This document shows, one piece after another, positions 1 to 12,803 of a DNA stretch of 42,633 nt; position 1 is the first letter of the stretch; each line of letters opens with the position of its first letter. The stretch lies in the NCBI GenBank assembly GCA_000388065.2, contig KB932212.1; one strand, written 5' to 3'. This DNA is from Fonticula alba ATCC 38817 (lineage: Eukaryota > Protista > Nucleariida). The notes beneath the pieces were generated by a model that saw nothing but the letters and a program-made list of their open reading frames with translations, did no database searches and was not told where the DNA came from. The position numbers and the translations under genes were made by a program.

Positions 1-119
1 GGGGGACGGGGGAGGGGGGGGGGGGAAGGACGAAGGAGGAACATCGACGCAAAGGGGGAGAGGGGCCTCGACAAGCGCGCGCGCGCACACACACACAGAC
101 GTGGCTCCCCGCCGCACCC

Positions 120-740
120 TCACTGCACCCCGAAGTAGTGGATGTAGTGATTGTCCAGGCGACTCTGTGCCACACAGGCCTCGATGATGGCCCGGCGGTG
201 CTGCAACGGCCCGGCCGTGGCGATGGCCGTGGCCGGGCCGGCCGCCACAGCCTGCTGCACCGACCGCGGCCCCCCGGCCGGGGACACCGGGCGCGGCCCG
301 GCAGCGGCAGCCCCGGCCGGCGACCCGGGCCGGCCGCCACCAGGCTGCGCCAGCGCCGCCAACGCCCCGCTCAAACCCTCGGCCGCTTGCTGCGACGGGG
401 TGGCCGGGCCCCGGGGGCCGCCCTCGGCCGGCTGTGCAGACCGCCCAGCCGGCCCGGCGGCCACTTGCAGCGATGCATGGATGGCCGCCGCACGCAGGGC
501 CACCCCGACGCCCCGGCGCGAGAGCACCGCCCCATCGGCCAGGTGCGGCGTGGCCACCGGCGCACTGTGCAACTCCGCCACCAGCGGCCACAGGTCGTGC
601 GTGTCGGCCGTCGGCTGCAGCCCCCCGCCAAGGGGCCCGGCCAGCAGCCCAGGCGTCTCGGCCATGGCGGCTGCTCCCGGCCACTGGCGGATGTCCAACA
701 GCGACACCATGCCACCCGGCAGGGGCCCGCCGATGCCGAT

Positions 741-773
<33 letters not shown>

Positions 774-3700
774 CGCCGGGCCCGACGCCAGGCGGTCCAG
801 CGTCGCCGGCACCGACACCGACGCATTCAGAGCCCCGCCACTCGCGGGCAGGCCCAGGAGCCCGGCCGGGTCGGCGGCCGGAATGCCCACCGGCGACCCC
901 GGCCCCAGGCCCAGCCCCCCGGGGGACAGATTGTGCATCGACTGGGCCGGGGTCTGGTCGGCCAGGCGCCCGGCCCGCGACACCAGCCCCGGCCCGGCCC
1001 CGGACGCGCTCCGGCCCCGGCCCCGAATGGCCACCGGGTCGATGGGCACCGGCGAGAAGGAGCTCGGCTCGATGAGGCCATCGACCGATGCCCCGGGGGT
1101 GGTGGCCGGGCCGGCGCCCCCGGTGGCCGTGGCCACCGCCGAGGCCGGCCCATCGAAGGACCGCCGGCCGCCCGGCGACCCGACCGCCACCACGGCCCCG
1201 GCCAGGTTGTCCATGGTCGCGCGGCGGGTCAGCCCGCCGGGCTCCGGCCCGGCCAGCGACGAAGCCACCGCCAGGGTGGCCCCGATGGTGGACAGGGCCG
1301 ACGCCGCCAGCGCCGCATCCATGTCCAGCGTGGCCGCCAGGCCCCGGCGCACGGCAAACGGATCCGTGTGGACATTCCACACCCGGACCCGGTAGAGGCC
1401 GGCATCGTGGCTGGCCGACCCGGCCCCGGCCCCGGCCGGCCCGCCGGCCCCCGGCGCCAGCGGCGACACAAACAGCACCACCTGGTACCCGAACACCGGC
1501 AGCAGGACCTCCCGGCCGAAGCGCGCAAACTCCGCCGGGTCGTCCAGCCACACGATGGCCACCGCCCCGAGGCAGGCCCGCACGCTGGCCAGCTCCAGCA
1601 GGTCGCCCTTCTCCGGGCCCAGGGCCGCGGTCAGCCGGGCCCGCGCCCCGGCCAGTAGGGCCGGCACCACGAACACCGCCTCCACCGAGGCATCGGCATA
1701 GTAGGGGACCCCGGCGACCGGGGCCCCGCCGGCCCCGGCCCCCGGGGTGCTGGCCGCCGAGCCCACCGGCGACCCGCCCGACCCGGCCAGATCCCCGGCC
1801 AGGTCCGCGCAAAACTCGAACAGCTCGGCCGGGCCCCGGTGGCCCACATGCGTGCGCAAGTCCACCAGCCACCCGAGGGAGGCCACAAACTGGGAGAACT
1901 CCGCCCGCCCGCGGGCGGTGGCCGGCCCGCGCAGGAGCCGGCTCACCGGGACCGGGGCCGCCGCCGGCCGTGGACCGCCGCCGCCGCCGCCGGCACCCCC
2001 GGAGGCCCCCTCCTCCGGGGTCAAGTACACCGAGGCCGACTCCGCATACAGAACCGGCAGGTTGAGGGCCGCCCGGACCGGGGTCGAGTCCAGCATGTCC
2101 AGCGCCCGCAGCAGGCGCCCATCCAGCCGCAGGGGGGTCACCTTGGATCGCTCCAACGAGGGCGGAAGCAGGCCCAGGTGCGCCAGCAGCCGGCGCCCGG
2201 TCAGGAACCCGGCGTGGGTCGACCGATCCGGCGGCGCCGGGCACAGGGGCCGCGGCCGGGTGCTGTGTCATAGAGGATCATCATCAGCAGGAGCAGCGGC
2301 GTCGTTGTTGTTGTGTCGTCGTTGTCGTCGTTGTCGTCATCATGATTAGCATCGTCAGCATCGTCAGCATCATCAGCATCATCAGCATCATCCGCATCAT
2401 CCGCATCGTCAGCATCGTCATATGGTCAGGGGAAGATGGAGCAATCGCAGAAAGAAAGGGGGCGACGAAAGAAGAACACAGGTCGCTCGGCCTCGCCGAG
2501 AAGCCAACAACCCCCCCTTGGCGGGGGGAAAGGAAAATAAACAAAAAAAAAGGACCCCCAGGGGTCACGCGCACCTGGCATGCGCGCGCGATGCCACCAC
2601 CTCCTCCGGGGTGATGTACAGCCGGGGCCCAGCCACGCCGGAGCCCGGGGCCCCGGTCAGATGCTGCGACCGGGCATACTGCCGGGAGATGGCCGCCCGG
2701 ATTTCCAAGTACTGCCCATCGGTCAGGATGGAGGCCGTCGGGACCACCAGGCCCGGGGGGGCGACCGCCGGGGCCGCGGCTCCCCCCGCCCCGGCGGTCG
2801 CCCCCGCCGGGATGGGAACCACCAGCTCGCGCCCGGCATCGGCAGCCGGCCCGGCCGGCAGGACCGGCGAATTCTGCGACTCGGCCACCAACCGCGGCGT
2901 GGAGGAGGCAATGTTGAAGTGATCGGCCGTGGTGGTCGACCCGACCAGCACCCGGTTGATCAGCGTCGGCGAGGTGTCAATGCGCAGGGCCTGGTGCAGG
3001 AGCGACGACCGCCGTGCCGCCACCACCGGCCGGTCCGGGTGCAAGTGCGCCGGCAGGGCACTGGCCGGCACACCGGCCAAGGGGGGCGACCCGCCCCGGC
3101 GGTCCGAGGCCAAGCTCGGGCCCCCAGCCGGCGGGCTGTCCAGCCCGGTCAGCGCCACCGACGGCAGCCCCGGCGACAGTGACCCCCCGGGCGTGAGGGG
3201 GCCCTGCTGCTCGGCCGCCTCGCGGCAGCTGCAGCACAGCAGGGCCCCGGTGCGGGTGGCGGGGTCGTCGGCTGCCGCGTCGGGCCCGAGCCCCGACGGG
3301 GTCAGCGCCGCCCCCAGCACCTCGACCGGGATCCCCAGCAGATCCGCCACCTCCAGATAGCGCACCGGCATGTCGAGACGCACGCGCGGGGCGGCCGGGG
3401 CGCCGGTCCCCGGGCCCGCGCGGCCCTGAGCCCGCGGCGACCCGGCCGCCGAGGAGGCCCGGCTGCCATCGCCACCGCTCGGCGACAGGACCCCCTGGCT
3501 GGCGAGGGCCGCCCGCGCGGCGCTCACAATCATCGAGGCAGACGGGCTGCCCAGGGGCGGCTGCCAGCCGTCCGCCGAATCGGCCCCGGCCTGCGCGTCG
3601 CGCTGGTATCCCAGGCCCAGCGGATGCGCACGCAGGACCCCCGACCAGGCGTAGGACCCATTCACATCGCGAATGATCACCAGCACCGAGGGCCCCTCGC

Positions 3701-6700
3701 TGGGGCGCCCGGGCGGCGCCGGCGCCGCCCGCGCACCGACCGGTGTCGAGGGACCCCCGGCGCCCGGCGCCTCGGCCCCACCGGTCGGCACATTCACCAG
3801 GGTATTCGGATACAGGCTATCGGCCAGGCCGGCCCGGTGGGCCAGCGAGTGCGACGCCGGCAGCTCCACCAGGCCGACAATCATTTGGTCTGTGCACGGG
3901 GGGGGGGTCCACGCGGGAGAAACCGAAGGAGCCGGCAGCAGGAGGAGAGGGAGGTCTGTCAGTCCGAGTGACGCCTGTCGGTGCAGGGAAGTAGAGGGAG
4001 AGGGGGAGGGAAAGAGAGGGAGAGAGGGAGAGAGGGAGAGAGAGAAAAAGACAACTCCCCTGTCCTCGAGAGGCGAGCAGGGGCGGAGGAGCAGCAAGGG
4101 AACCCATGGGCACCCGCCAGCCGAGCGAGGCGCCCAGCACGACGTACCGTTGATGGCGAAGTACCGGACGAAGTCCTGCGGCTCGACCAGCGGCCGCTCA
4201 GCCAGCGGCGAGGCCGGCCCCCCGCGGGGGGTGGTCACCGCCCCGACAGACATGTGGCAGTTGCTGCACGCCAGTGCCGGGACGCCAGGGCGCGAGTGGG
4301 CCACCACACCGGCCGCGCTCGCCGGGGGGCGCTGGGCGTTGGCCGCGGCCGCCACGCGTGCGGCCACCTCGCGCTCGCGGACCTGCGTCGACACGGCCGC
4401 CACGCCGGCCGCCGCCGGGAAGTTCCCCAGGTGGAAGACAACGCGATTCCACACTGAACACGAGGCGTGAGTAGTGGAAAGGACGGCAGGAGGCGGGCAC
4501 CTTTTCTCCTGTCCCACCCCCCGGCAAAAAGAACCCCCCCCCCCCCCCCCGCCATCCCCAACACACACGGACAGGCAACGCAACGGCGGCAAGAAAGCAG
4601 CCCCAGCGAAAAGGGCCCCGCCCGGTGCGAACGCACCGCTTGCCACGGCCTCCGACAGGGCCAGCGCCCGATCTGGCGTGGAGTACGCCCCGGAGGGGCT
4701 CCAGGAGGACCGGCTTACCGCGCCGGCCCACTGCTCCTCGGGCAGGGTGCCCGGCACCAAGTCCGAGCTCGATGCCAAGAAGCCCAGCTCCGCCGGCAGG
4801 GCCGCATGACTGACAAGCACACCGTCGGATGGGCTGCGCGGGACGGCCGCCAGAGAGGAAGGCCCGCGTCCGGGGAAGGAGGGTGGGAGGCGCAAATGCA
4901 GGAAACATCAGTAAGGGCGGCGGCCGGCCCACACCCACACCCACACCCACACCCACACCCACACCCACACCCACACACCCAACGCGAGGGGATCCACGCG
5001 AGCACGTACATGGTGGCGGTGGCAGACGGCCCCGACGCCGGGCCACGGCCCGCCGGCCCGGCCGCTCGCGTCACCTTCGACAGCATGCTCACCACCATCA
5101 GGGTGAGATCCGGCGACCAGGCGGCCGTGGCTGTGGCCATGGATGCGGCCGCGGCCGCGGCCGCCGGCGACCCAGTGCGCCCGGGCTCCGTCCCGGTGGG
5201 GGAATCCTCCGCCGGCGGAGACGAAGTAGCCGCCGTGCCCCACCAGGTGGCCAGGCAGGCCAGGGCGCTGAGGACACGCGTCGTGCGGGCCTGCGCCATT
5301 CCACAGGAACAGGGCCGCGTGCGAAGACACCGCAGTCAGCAGCCGAGGCAGACGACGCCACTGCGAAGGGACCGCACCAACACGAAAGAAGGAAGAGCCA
5401 AGCCCCCCCCCCCCCCCCCCCACGTCCCCCGCCGGGCGGGACAGTCGGCCCAACACACACGCACACTGAGGCACGCCTCGTGCAGGCCATTGTCGATGTA
5501 CCGACAGAGGGCCTTGACAATCTCGTGGGCGGTGCCCCCGAGCCCACCGAGCCCGGCCCCCGGACCGGCGCCCATGCGCGCCAGCGACTCGAGCACCGCC
5601 AACAGCGACAGCTCCACCTCGTCCAGCTCATACGTCTGGAGCAGCGGCCCGGGCAGCTGGCTGAGCGTGTGGCTGATGGTCCCGGGCCCGAGGCCGGGCC
5701 CCACCGCCGGGCTCAGCGCCGAGGCCAGCTGCATGAACGAGTGCACCGAGTAGGAGGCCGACAATTGCGACGGCGACTTCAGATGCCGGAAGGATGCGCC
5801 CACGCCGGATCCCGGATATGGCGACCCGCCCAGGGAGTGATAGTGCTGCGAGTGGCTTTGCTGGTGCATCAGCAGCGGGGCCGGGCTCTGCCCGGCCAGC
5901 GACCCGCCACTGGTCACCCGCGAATGGCCATCGGCCAGCAGCCCGGACCCGGAAGCAGGCCCGGCCAGCGACCCGGTCGGCGTGGCCAGGCCGCCAGCCG
6001 CGAATGTGGACGACACCGGGGTCGGTGGCGCCGATGACGCCTGCCCCGGGCCCCCGGTCAGCGAGGGCGTGCGGCCGGGGGCGCCCGCCCCGGCGCCCAC
6101 CCCGCCGGGCCCGGCAGCCACCGACACCGGCGGGTGCGCCGACAGCCAGAGCAGCTTCTTGGCCACGGCCAGCGAGACGATGCTCAACAGCCCGGGCGTG
6201 GCCCCGGCGTCATCGGCCACAAAGACAAAGAGCCCCGACGCGATGGACCGGAAGTTGGCCGGCTCCACGGCCGACGACCATGGCTGCCACCGGACCAGCA
6301 GGCTGGACAGCAGCAGGAAGAAGGCATGCACCCGCAGGTGGCTGTAGCAAAGCACGGCCGACATGTCGCCGGGGTGCAGGATGGTCGACCGGAAGATGGC
6401 CGCCAGCTGCGACGCGAAAAGGCACCCCCCCTCCCCGGCGGCGGGGAGCAGGAGCGAGCCAGTGTGGGGCCGTGATGAGTGATGCTGATGTGGGCGGCGC
6501 GCCAGTGCGATGGAGGGGGCGGGGGGGGGGGGGGGGGGGGGGAGGGAGACGCACCAGGATCTGGAAGTTGGTTCCCGAGGCCAGGAACTCGGTGTCCGTG
6601 GTGGCCTGGGCCATGTACCCGAGGTCCAGCTTGGCCCGGTCGACGAGACCGGCCGGGATGGGCGACATGCCGAGGTACCCGGGGACCGTGGTCACGGTGG

Positions 6701-8290
6701 ATAGGATCCGCAAGGCCGCCCGCTGTAGACGCGGCGCCGACACGAAGGGCACCTCCACAGTACACAGCTGAGGCGCGCGGTGTTGTTCGGGGAAGGGGCG
6801 GCCCCGCAGCAGTTGCGGCAGGGGGCGGCCGTTGTGGCAGGGGGCGGCCGTTGTGGCAGGGGGCGGCAGGGGGCGGCAGGGAGAGGCGGGTTGACACATG
6901 GGCGGTGAGAGACCGGGAGGGAGGAGGTGGTGCGCAGCGCACGCCACGTCTTCCGACAAGCAGGATGCCCATGTGTGTCGGGCTCCCCATGGATACAAGG
7001 ACACACAAGAGCGGGGAGAGGGGGCCAGAGAGGGAACGAGCGAGAGAGAGAGAGAGGGGGGGGGGGGGAAGAACCGCGCCCTGGCAAAGGAGCAAGCAAG
7101 ACACGCACCGGCAGCACATGACGCATGGCAAACAGGAAGTCCGGCACCAGCACCCGGACACCAGGGAGGTCACTGACAAAGAGATACACCCCGGACAGGA
7201 GGATGGCTGCGAGGGTCTGCGGCCCGGCGGCACCGGCCGGCGGGGTCAGGCCGCTGGCATCGCCATCGGCCGAGGCGTCGGTCGGCTGGGGAACATACCT
7301 CCCCCCGAGGGCCTCGCGCAGGGTGCCATAGAACCGAGCCAGGAACAGGATGTCCCGGCTGGGCCCGGCCTCCCCGAGCGGGAGCCCGGGCGGCATGCCA
7401 ACCCCACGCCGCCGGCCGACCAACGGCTGCGAGAACACCCGGCAGAGTGTGGCACAGGCCACGGCGCGCGCCGCATCATCATCATCCTGCCGCACCCCGG
7501 GGGCGGCAACCCCGGAGGAGTGCTGCGCGTGGGCGGCGGCGGCGGCGGCGGCAGCGGCGGCCGCCGCCGCCGCCGCCTTGCTGGTTCCCGGCGGGGAGGC
7601 CACATTGCCGAGACGCGACAGCAGCGACGAGGGAAGCAGCCCGGCCCCGGTGCTGACCAGGGCCGAGGGCGGAGGGCTGGCCGCATTGCCCATCGTGACC
7701 CCGGGCGCCACGGCCGACACCACGGCCGACACGTCGGACGACACAAAGCGCCCAAGGGCCGAGGTGACCCGCGAGGTGCCGGACGTGGAGGCCATCGTGG
7801 ACGAGCCGCCCGACGCGGCCGGGGCACTTTGCGTGCGCGTGGCCGGCGTCACCAACGGCGCCGAGCCCGGAGCACCCGCAATTGCCAGCGGGGCCCGGCC
7901 GCGCGCCACGCTGAATAGCCACGGGCCGAAGATCGACAAGATGGTCGCACGATCGGGGCTGGTCGGGGCGGGGCGCTGCATGGGGAAAAAGAGGGCCGGC
8001 ACAGGGTCAGAGCAGTGGCACAAGGGAGCACAATCGCCGCAAGGGTGACCACCCACACCCGGGCCACCGGCGGGCCCCCATGTGCGTGAGACAGACAGGC
8101 CACCGTACCTGCAGTGCAGGGTCCAGGGGCTCCGAGACAAAGGACAGCAAGTGCGACGCCTGGCCGATCTCCGACCGCTGGTACACGGACGGGTAAAGGA
8201 AGAGATTGACACAGCGCGCAATCCCGCAGATGGCCTCGAGCAGGATGGCTGACCGGAGCCCAGATAGGTCATCCACCAGGTCTGTTCCGG

Positions 8291-8348
<58 letters not shown>

Positions 8349-10776
8349 GAGCGCGTGTGCGTGTGCGTGTGCGTGTGTGTGTGGACAAGACAGTCAGAAG
8401 AGCGCGGTGCGGAGCCCGAGCCGACGCATGATGGCAGAAATGAACAGGGGGGCCAAGCAACGCCGGGGGGGGGGGGGGGGCCGGCACGCACGGAGGATGC
8501 GATTCCAGCAGAAGTACAGCTGGTCGAGCGGCAGCTCAATGATGACCATGCTGGTGCCCGACTGGATGACCACCACTTCGCTCCGGGGGTTGGACACCGG
8601 CTCGGCCGGCCCGGCAGGAGCGTCCCCGCTGTCGCTCATCGACTGCGCCGAGAGGGAGGCCCGCAGGCCGCCCTCGCGCACGGGGAGCCCATACAGCCGC
8701 GCGCACACCGACCGGCACAGGGACATGGTGACCAGATTCCACTGGACGATGGCCACCATGTGGTGCGTCCAACGAGGGAACATGGTCTGAGGGGGGAGGA
8801 AGGCGAGGAGCCGTGCCCAAACACCCAAGGGGTCAGCCAGGGGGCGACACATGCACCGCGGAGGGGTGGGCGGCGGGAGCGAGGAAGGCCGCGTACTTTC
8901 AGGGTCTGCCAAAGGTCCGAGTCGCGAAGGCCAGAGCGGATCATGATTTCGAACAGGTTCTACGAGGGGGAAAGAACGCGCGGAGGGCACGACGCACGGA
9001 AAAGGGGCGTTTGGAAAGGCATTAGTGGGCCGGCATTGCGGGAGGAGAGCAGGCCAGGAGGGCAGGGCAGAGCGCACCCGGAAGAGCGGCGCCGAGAGCT
9101 CCTCCGCCACCACCGCCGGCAGGGGCGAATCCTCCCGGACAACGTAATCCGTGACGCCGAGGGAGATCTGCACCAGCACGCGCCACGTCTGGGGAGCCAC
9201 CTCCCGGCCGAGGGTGCGAGCGAAAATGTTGTAGATGTCGATCACCTGCACATGGCGAGGGGCCATCCCCGGCCGAGTGGGGAACCGAGACAGCCAGCCA
9301 AACGCAGGAGGTCAGTGTGAGCCGAGAAGAAAGCACCAAACACCGGGAAGAGAGGCAGCAAAAGCAACAGGACCCCCGGAGGAGGAGGGGGGGGGGGAGA
9401 GAGACACATGCACATGCGCATGCCATGCAAAAGCAAAGGGACCGGCCCGGGAGCGCACCTTCTTGCACACCTCGATGTGCGCGCTGACAGAGGTGCCCTG
9501 CACCGGCGGCAAAGCCGACAAGGCCTGGTAGAAGCGCGTGGCCAGCAGAGCACGGTCGTGGGCATCGTTGGCGGCTTGGCGCTTACGCGCAACTGCTTGG
9601 CGCAGGGCCGCCATGCTGGCCGGGCTGATGCCCGGCCTAGGCCGCTGGCCCTCCAGCCCCGGGGATCGATCGTCAGACCCAGGCCCGCCCGTGGGACCGG
9701 GCTGGGTGCGCGCCAGCGGCGGCATCGACGAGTAGGACCCCCCGGAGGAAGCCCCGGACCCGAGGGAAGAGGCGCTTGCCTGGGGGAAGGGAGCGGACCC
9801 GGCCACGGCCGCGCGTGGCCGGGCCACCAGGTTGATGGCGGCATCGGCGGCCGCCGCGGCCGCCGCCGCCGCCGCCGCCTCGCTCCCGGTGCCGGACTCC
9901 TGCTCGGCCAGACGGAGAGTCTGCTCCGAGAGGATGGCCTCCTCTTGGGTGGCTGTGGCCAGGCTCTGCGCGGCGATGGCGGCCAGCTGCGCTGCTCGCG
10001 TGGACCGATCGTCCCGGTGGCGCTGCTGGAAGACCAGCGACAGGTGCTTGAAAATCATGCAGAAGAACCCCTGCAAGTCGCGATCCATGGCCGGCGGGCG
10101 GAAGGCCGGCTCCAGCAGCCACCGTCCGTAGACATTGGCCGAGGCGCTGTTGGGGGCGCGCACCGCCGGCCAGGCGGGGACGGGGACGGGGACGGGGGGG
10201 AAGGAGGGAGACCGGCAGGCGGACACCCGAACAGCGAGGGCGACCGATGAGTTGAAATCCCGGCAGCGAGGGGGAGGTGGCGTGTGTGGGTGTGTGGCCG
10301 CTTGAAGCCGGGCGAGAGACAGGGGCAGAAGAGCAGCCACCGAAGAGGAAGACCACGCACCTGATCAGGTCGACATCGGCAACCGGCAGGGCGCAGCCCT
10401 GGCCAATGATCTCGGCCACCCAGCGGGCGTGAGCTGGCCGCGAGAGGAAGGCCATGTCCGGGCACCAGGACAGGAACCCGGTGGTCGATTGGACAATGGC
10501 CCGGCGTGCCTGCAGCGGGAAGCCGCCGAGGGCGTCGGAGTCTATGTGCGCATGTTGCCAAGGGGCGAGTCCGGGCCAGGGGGAAGGGGCAAAAAAGAAG
10601 GCGGCATCAGTGTGGGCAGAGGCTCAGGGGAGAAGAGGAGGCGACGGGCGCGCATCGCCAACAGGCAGGGCGCCGAGGGGGGGGGAGATGGCCAGATGGA
10701 GGGAGGGCGAGACAGGGGCGAACGCACCCAGGTCAATGGGCAGAAGCCCCATGGTTTCGAGGTCAGGCAGCAACAT
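120..10776 (-). CDS. RALGAPB: Ral GTPase-activating protein subunit beta-like, 15 exons, about 2626 aa
   Basis: Exons (minus): 10776-10728, 10541-10361, 10146-9459, 9245-9078, 8959-8897, 8786-8492, 8281-8109, 7975-7109, 6767-6555, 6406-5465, 5290-5010, 4833-4637, 4453-4148, 3889-2575, 2262-120. All introns are GT-AG, phases are consistent, total 7881 nt. Blocks colinear with RALGAPB as I recall it: RWVAEIIGQGCALP, IFKHLSLVF, RWTHHMVAIVQW, TILSIFGPWLF, ACATLCRVF, FLARFY, VFHLGNFP, RRLLAHLGLL, FVASLGWLVDL, YYADASVEAVFVVP, LADGAVLSRR. The exon 12 acceptor is the least certain boundary (4833 or 4809). Confidence 0.85.
2286..2421. repeat. Intronic tri-/9-mer tandem repeat (CAGCATCRT units plus TTG/TCG triplets)
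   Basis: catcgtcagcatcgtcagcatcatcagcatcatcagcat... and gttgttgttgtgtcgtcgttgtcgtcg inside RALGAPB intron 14. Confidence 0.85.
4928..4980. repeat. (CCCACA)n hexamer microsatellite
   Basis: About 8 tandem CCCACA units in RALGAPB intron 11. Confidence 0.95.
6817..6880. repeat. 19-bp minisatellite GGCAGGGGGCGGCCGTTGT x2 plus truncated units
   Basis: Direct repeats visible in RALGAPB intron 8. Confidence 0.85.
8293..8347 (+). repeat. 55-nt G homopolymer (poly-C in the pre-mRNA)
   Basis: Uninterrupted G run ending about 11 nt before the exon 7 acceptor on the minus strand. Confidence 0.95.
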
Positions 10777-12709
10777 GGCCACTCGATCACGGAGACCGCG
10801 CCAGAGGGCGGCGAACTACTAGACAAAGAGAGGGGAGCCGGAAGAAAGGATAGGGAGGGGGCGCGAGGCCGAGGTCGAGCCCAGGCGCGCGCGCGCCGGG
10901 GGCGGAGTGGACCGGCTGGCGTTAGGCCCGAGCCGGAGTGCGGGTGGTTGGCAGCGGCGGCAGCGGCAACGGCAGCGACTCGCCTGTCAGAACGCGCGGC
11001 AGAGGGGAGGGGGGGGGGAGGGAATAGGATCAGCGGAGTGCGCGTGTGTGTGCGTGTGTAGATGGCAGGGCGGCAGGAGGGAGGACGGAGAGGGGTACCT
11101 CACGCCGGGGGGTGGCCGTAGCCGCCAAGGAGCCGGGCCAAATGTCCGGCCCGGCGGGGCAGATCGCGCGCCGGAGGCAGGGCGGCGCGGGCGAGGGGGG
11201 GCCGGCTGCCCGCCGGCGTATCTCCCATCTATGCGCCCCGGCACTCGTGAGCCCTGGCACAGAGAGGGGGAGCATGGGCCCCTTGTCAAGAAGGACGGGG
11301 CGGAAGTCGTGTCCGGGGGGAGGGGGGAGGGGGGGGGAGCGTCTAGACCGCGGGAGCGTGAAAAGAAAAAGGAAAAAGCCCCGATCTCCTGTGGGCGCCC
11401 AGCCCCACCGCGTATCAGCTGGTCCGAGGGCGGGGCACGGCCGGCTGGCGGCCGGGCGGCTGGGCGCCGGGCGGGTCGCGCCTACAAACACATTCCTTTT
11501 ACCGGGGCCCGGGGAAGCAGGGAGTGGGCAAATGGGGGCGGGCACGGGGGGGCGGGGGCGGGCGGGAGAGGCGCGGGGCCCGAGGCACGCCACACCCTGC
11601 AGCGGCCGAGCCAGCAGCTGGCGGGTGCCAGCCGGTCGACGCGTGATCATGACCCTGGGTGGTGACTTCCGAAGAATCACCCGACGCGGGTGCTCCCCGG
11701 CCGCCCCGGGACCGGAGCCGTCCCCGGTTGCCAGCCCGGCAGCCGCGCACCCACCGGCTGGCCCCCCTTCGTCCCTTCGCCGCCGGGCGGGTCCTGACCA
11801 CCACCCCCTCACCCGGCCGGCGCGGATGCCTCCGGGGAAGAGGGGGCGCAAGCCGCCGGCTTTGGGGAGAGGGGCGCCCACGACCAGGCCCCGATCTCCC
11901 GGCGCATGCCGCCACGGCAACACACACACACACACACGCGCGCGCGCACGCGCATGCTCGCCTAAGATTGTGCGGCCCGCGCCCAGACGCGCACACCAAG
12001 ATGGGCCGATCTTGTCGCCCGCCCCCGCACTCCGCCCCCCCCCCCCCCCCCGGGGGGCCAGGTGCGGGCCCCCAAGCCCTGGACCCAACCCCATCGAGGT
12101 CCGGAGGGGCTCGGGCTGTGAGAAAATTCCCGCCGGAATGAACCTGGCATTATCTTCAGAGAAACGGCCAGCCGCCCCAGCCGCGCTCCCCCCCGCCCCC
12201 CGGGCCGGGGGCGTATTGTTGATGTTCAGGCCGGCTTTTGCAGCCATACAACCGGGCGGCAACTGGCCCGGGGGATAAACCGCCCGCCGGGACCCGGGGC
12301 CTCGCCCAAATGCTGGCCCGATCTCCCCCCAGCCGCAGCTGCCGGCCCGGCCGGCCGGCCGACCACCACAGCCATAGCTCCCCCCCGGGAGCCGGGAAAT
12401 GTCACCGGGATGTGCCGCCGACCTCGCCCGGGGGCGGCGAAAAACAAAAACAACAACAACAACAACAACGCCCCCTCCTCACGCGCCCTCTGCGCGGCCA
12501 GCCGCGTCGGGGGGAGGAGAGACACGACCCAAGTCATCTGGGCACACCTGCGCCGCGCCCCCTGCGCTGTTGCGCCCGTCCTACATCGCCCCCTTCCTCC
12601 CCCCCAGGGATCTCACGGATCGCCCCTCTGGGGAGCCCGGCAGGATGCAGGACACACTGAAGCCCACGCGTCCTCCCGCCATGCCCACGGGCTGGAGAAG
12701 CCCTCCCTC

Positions 12710-12742
<33 letters not shown>

Positions 12743-12759
12743 ACACGCATACGCCCCTC

Positions 12760-12803
12760 GCCTCCCCGCCTCCCCGCCTCCCCGCCTCCCCGCCTCCCCG
12801 CCC
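12760..12803. repeat. (CCTCCCCG)n octamer repeat, about 5 copies, upstream of the SLC38 start
   Basis: cctccccgcctccccgcctccccgcctccccgcctccccg. Confidence 0.9.

Noticed and set aside
138-1658. Long antisense and alternative-frame ORFs (138-1658, 4467-5753, 6479-7918, 28001-29521 and many others)
   Set aside because: Arg/Pro/Gly/Ala-rich with no recognisable motifs. These are expected in about 70% GC DNA where stops are rare, especially opposite real exons.
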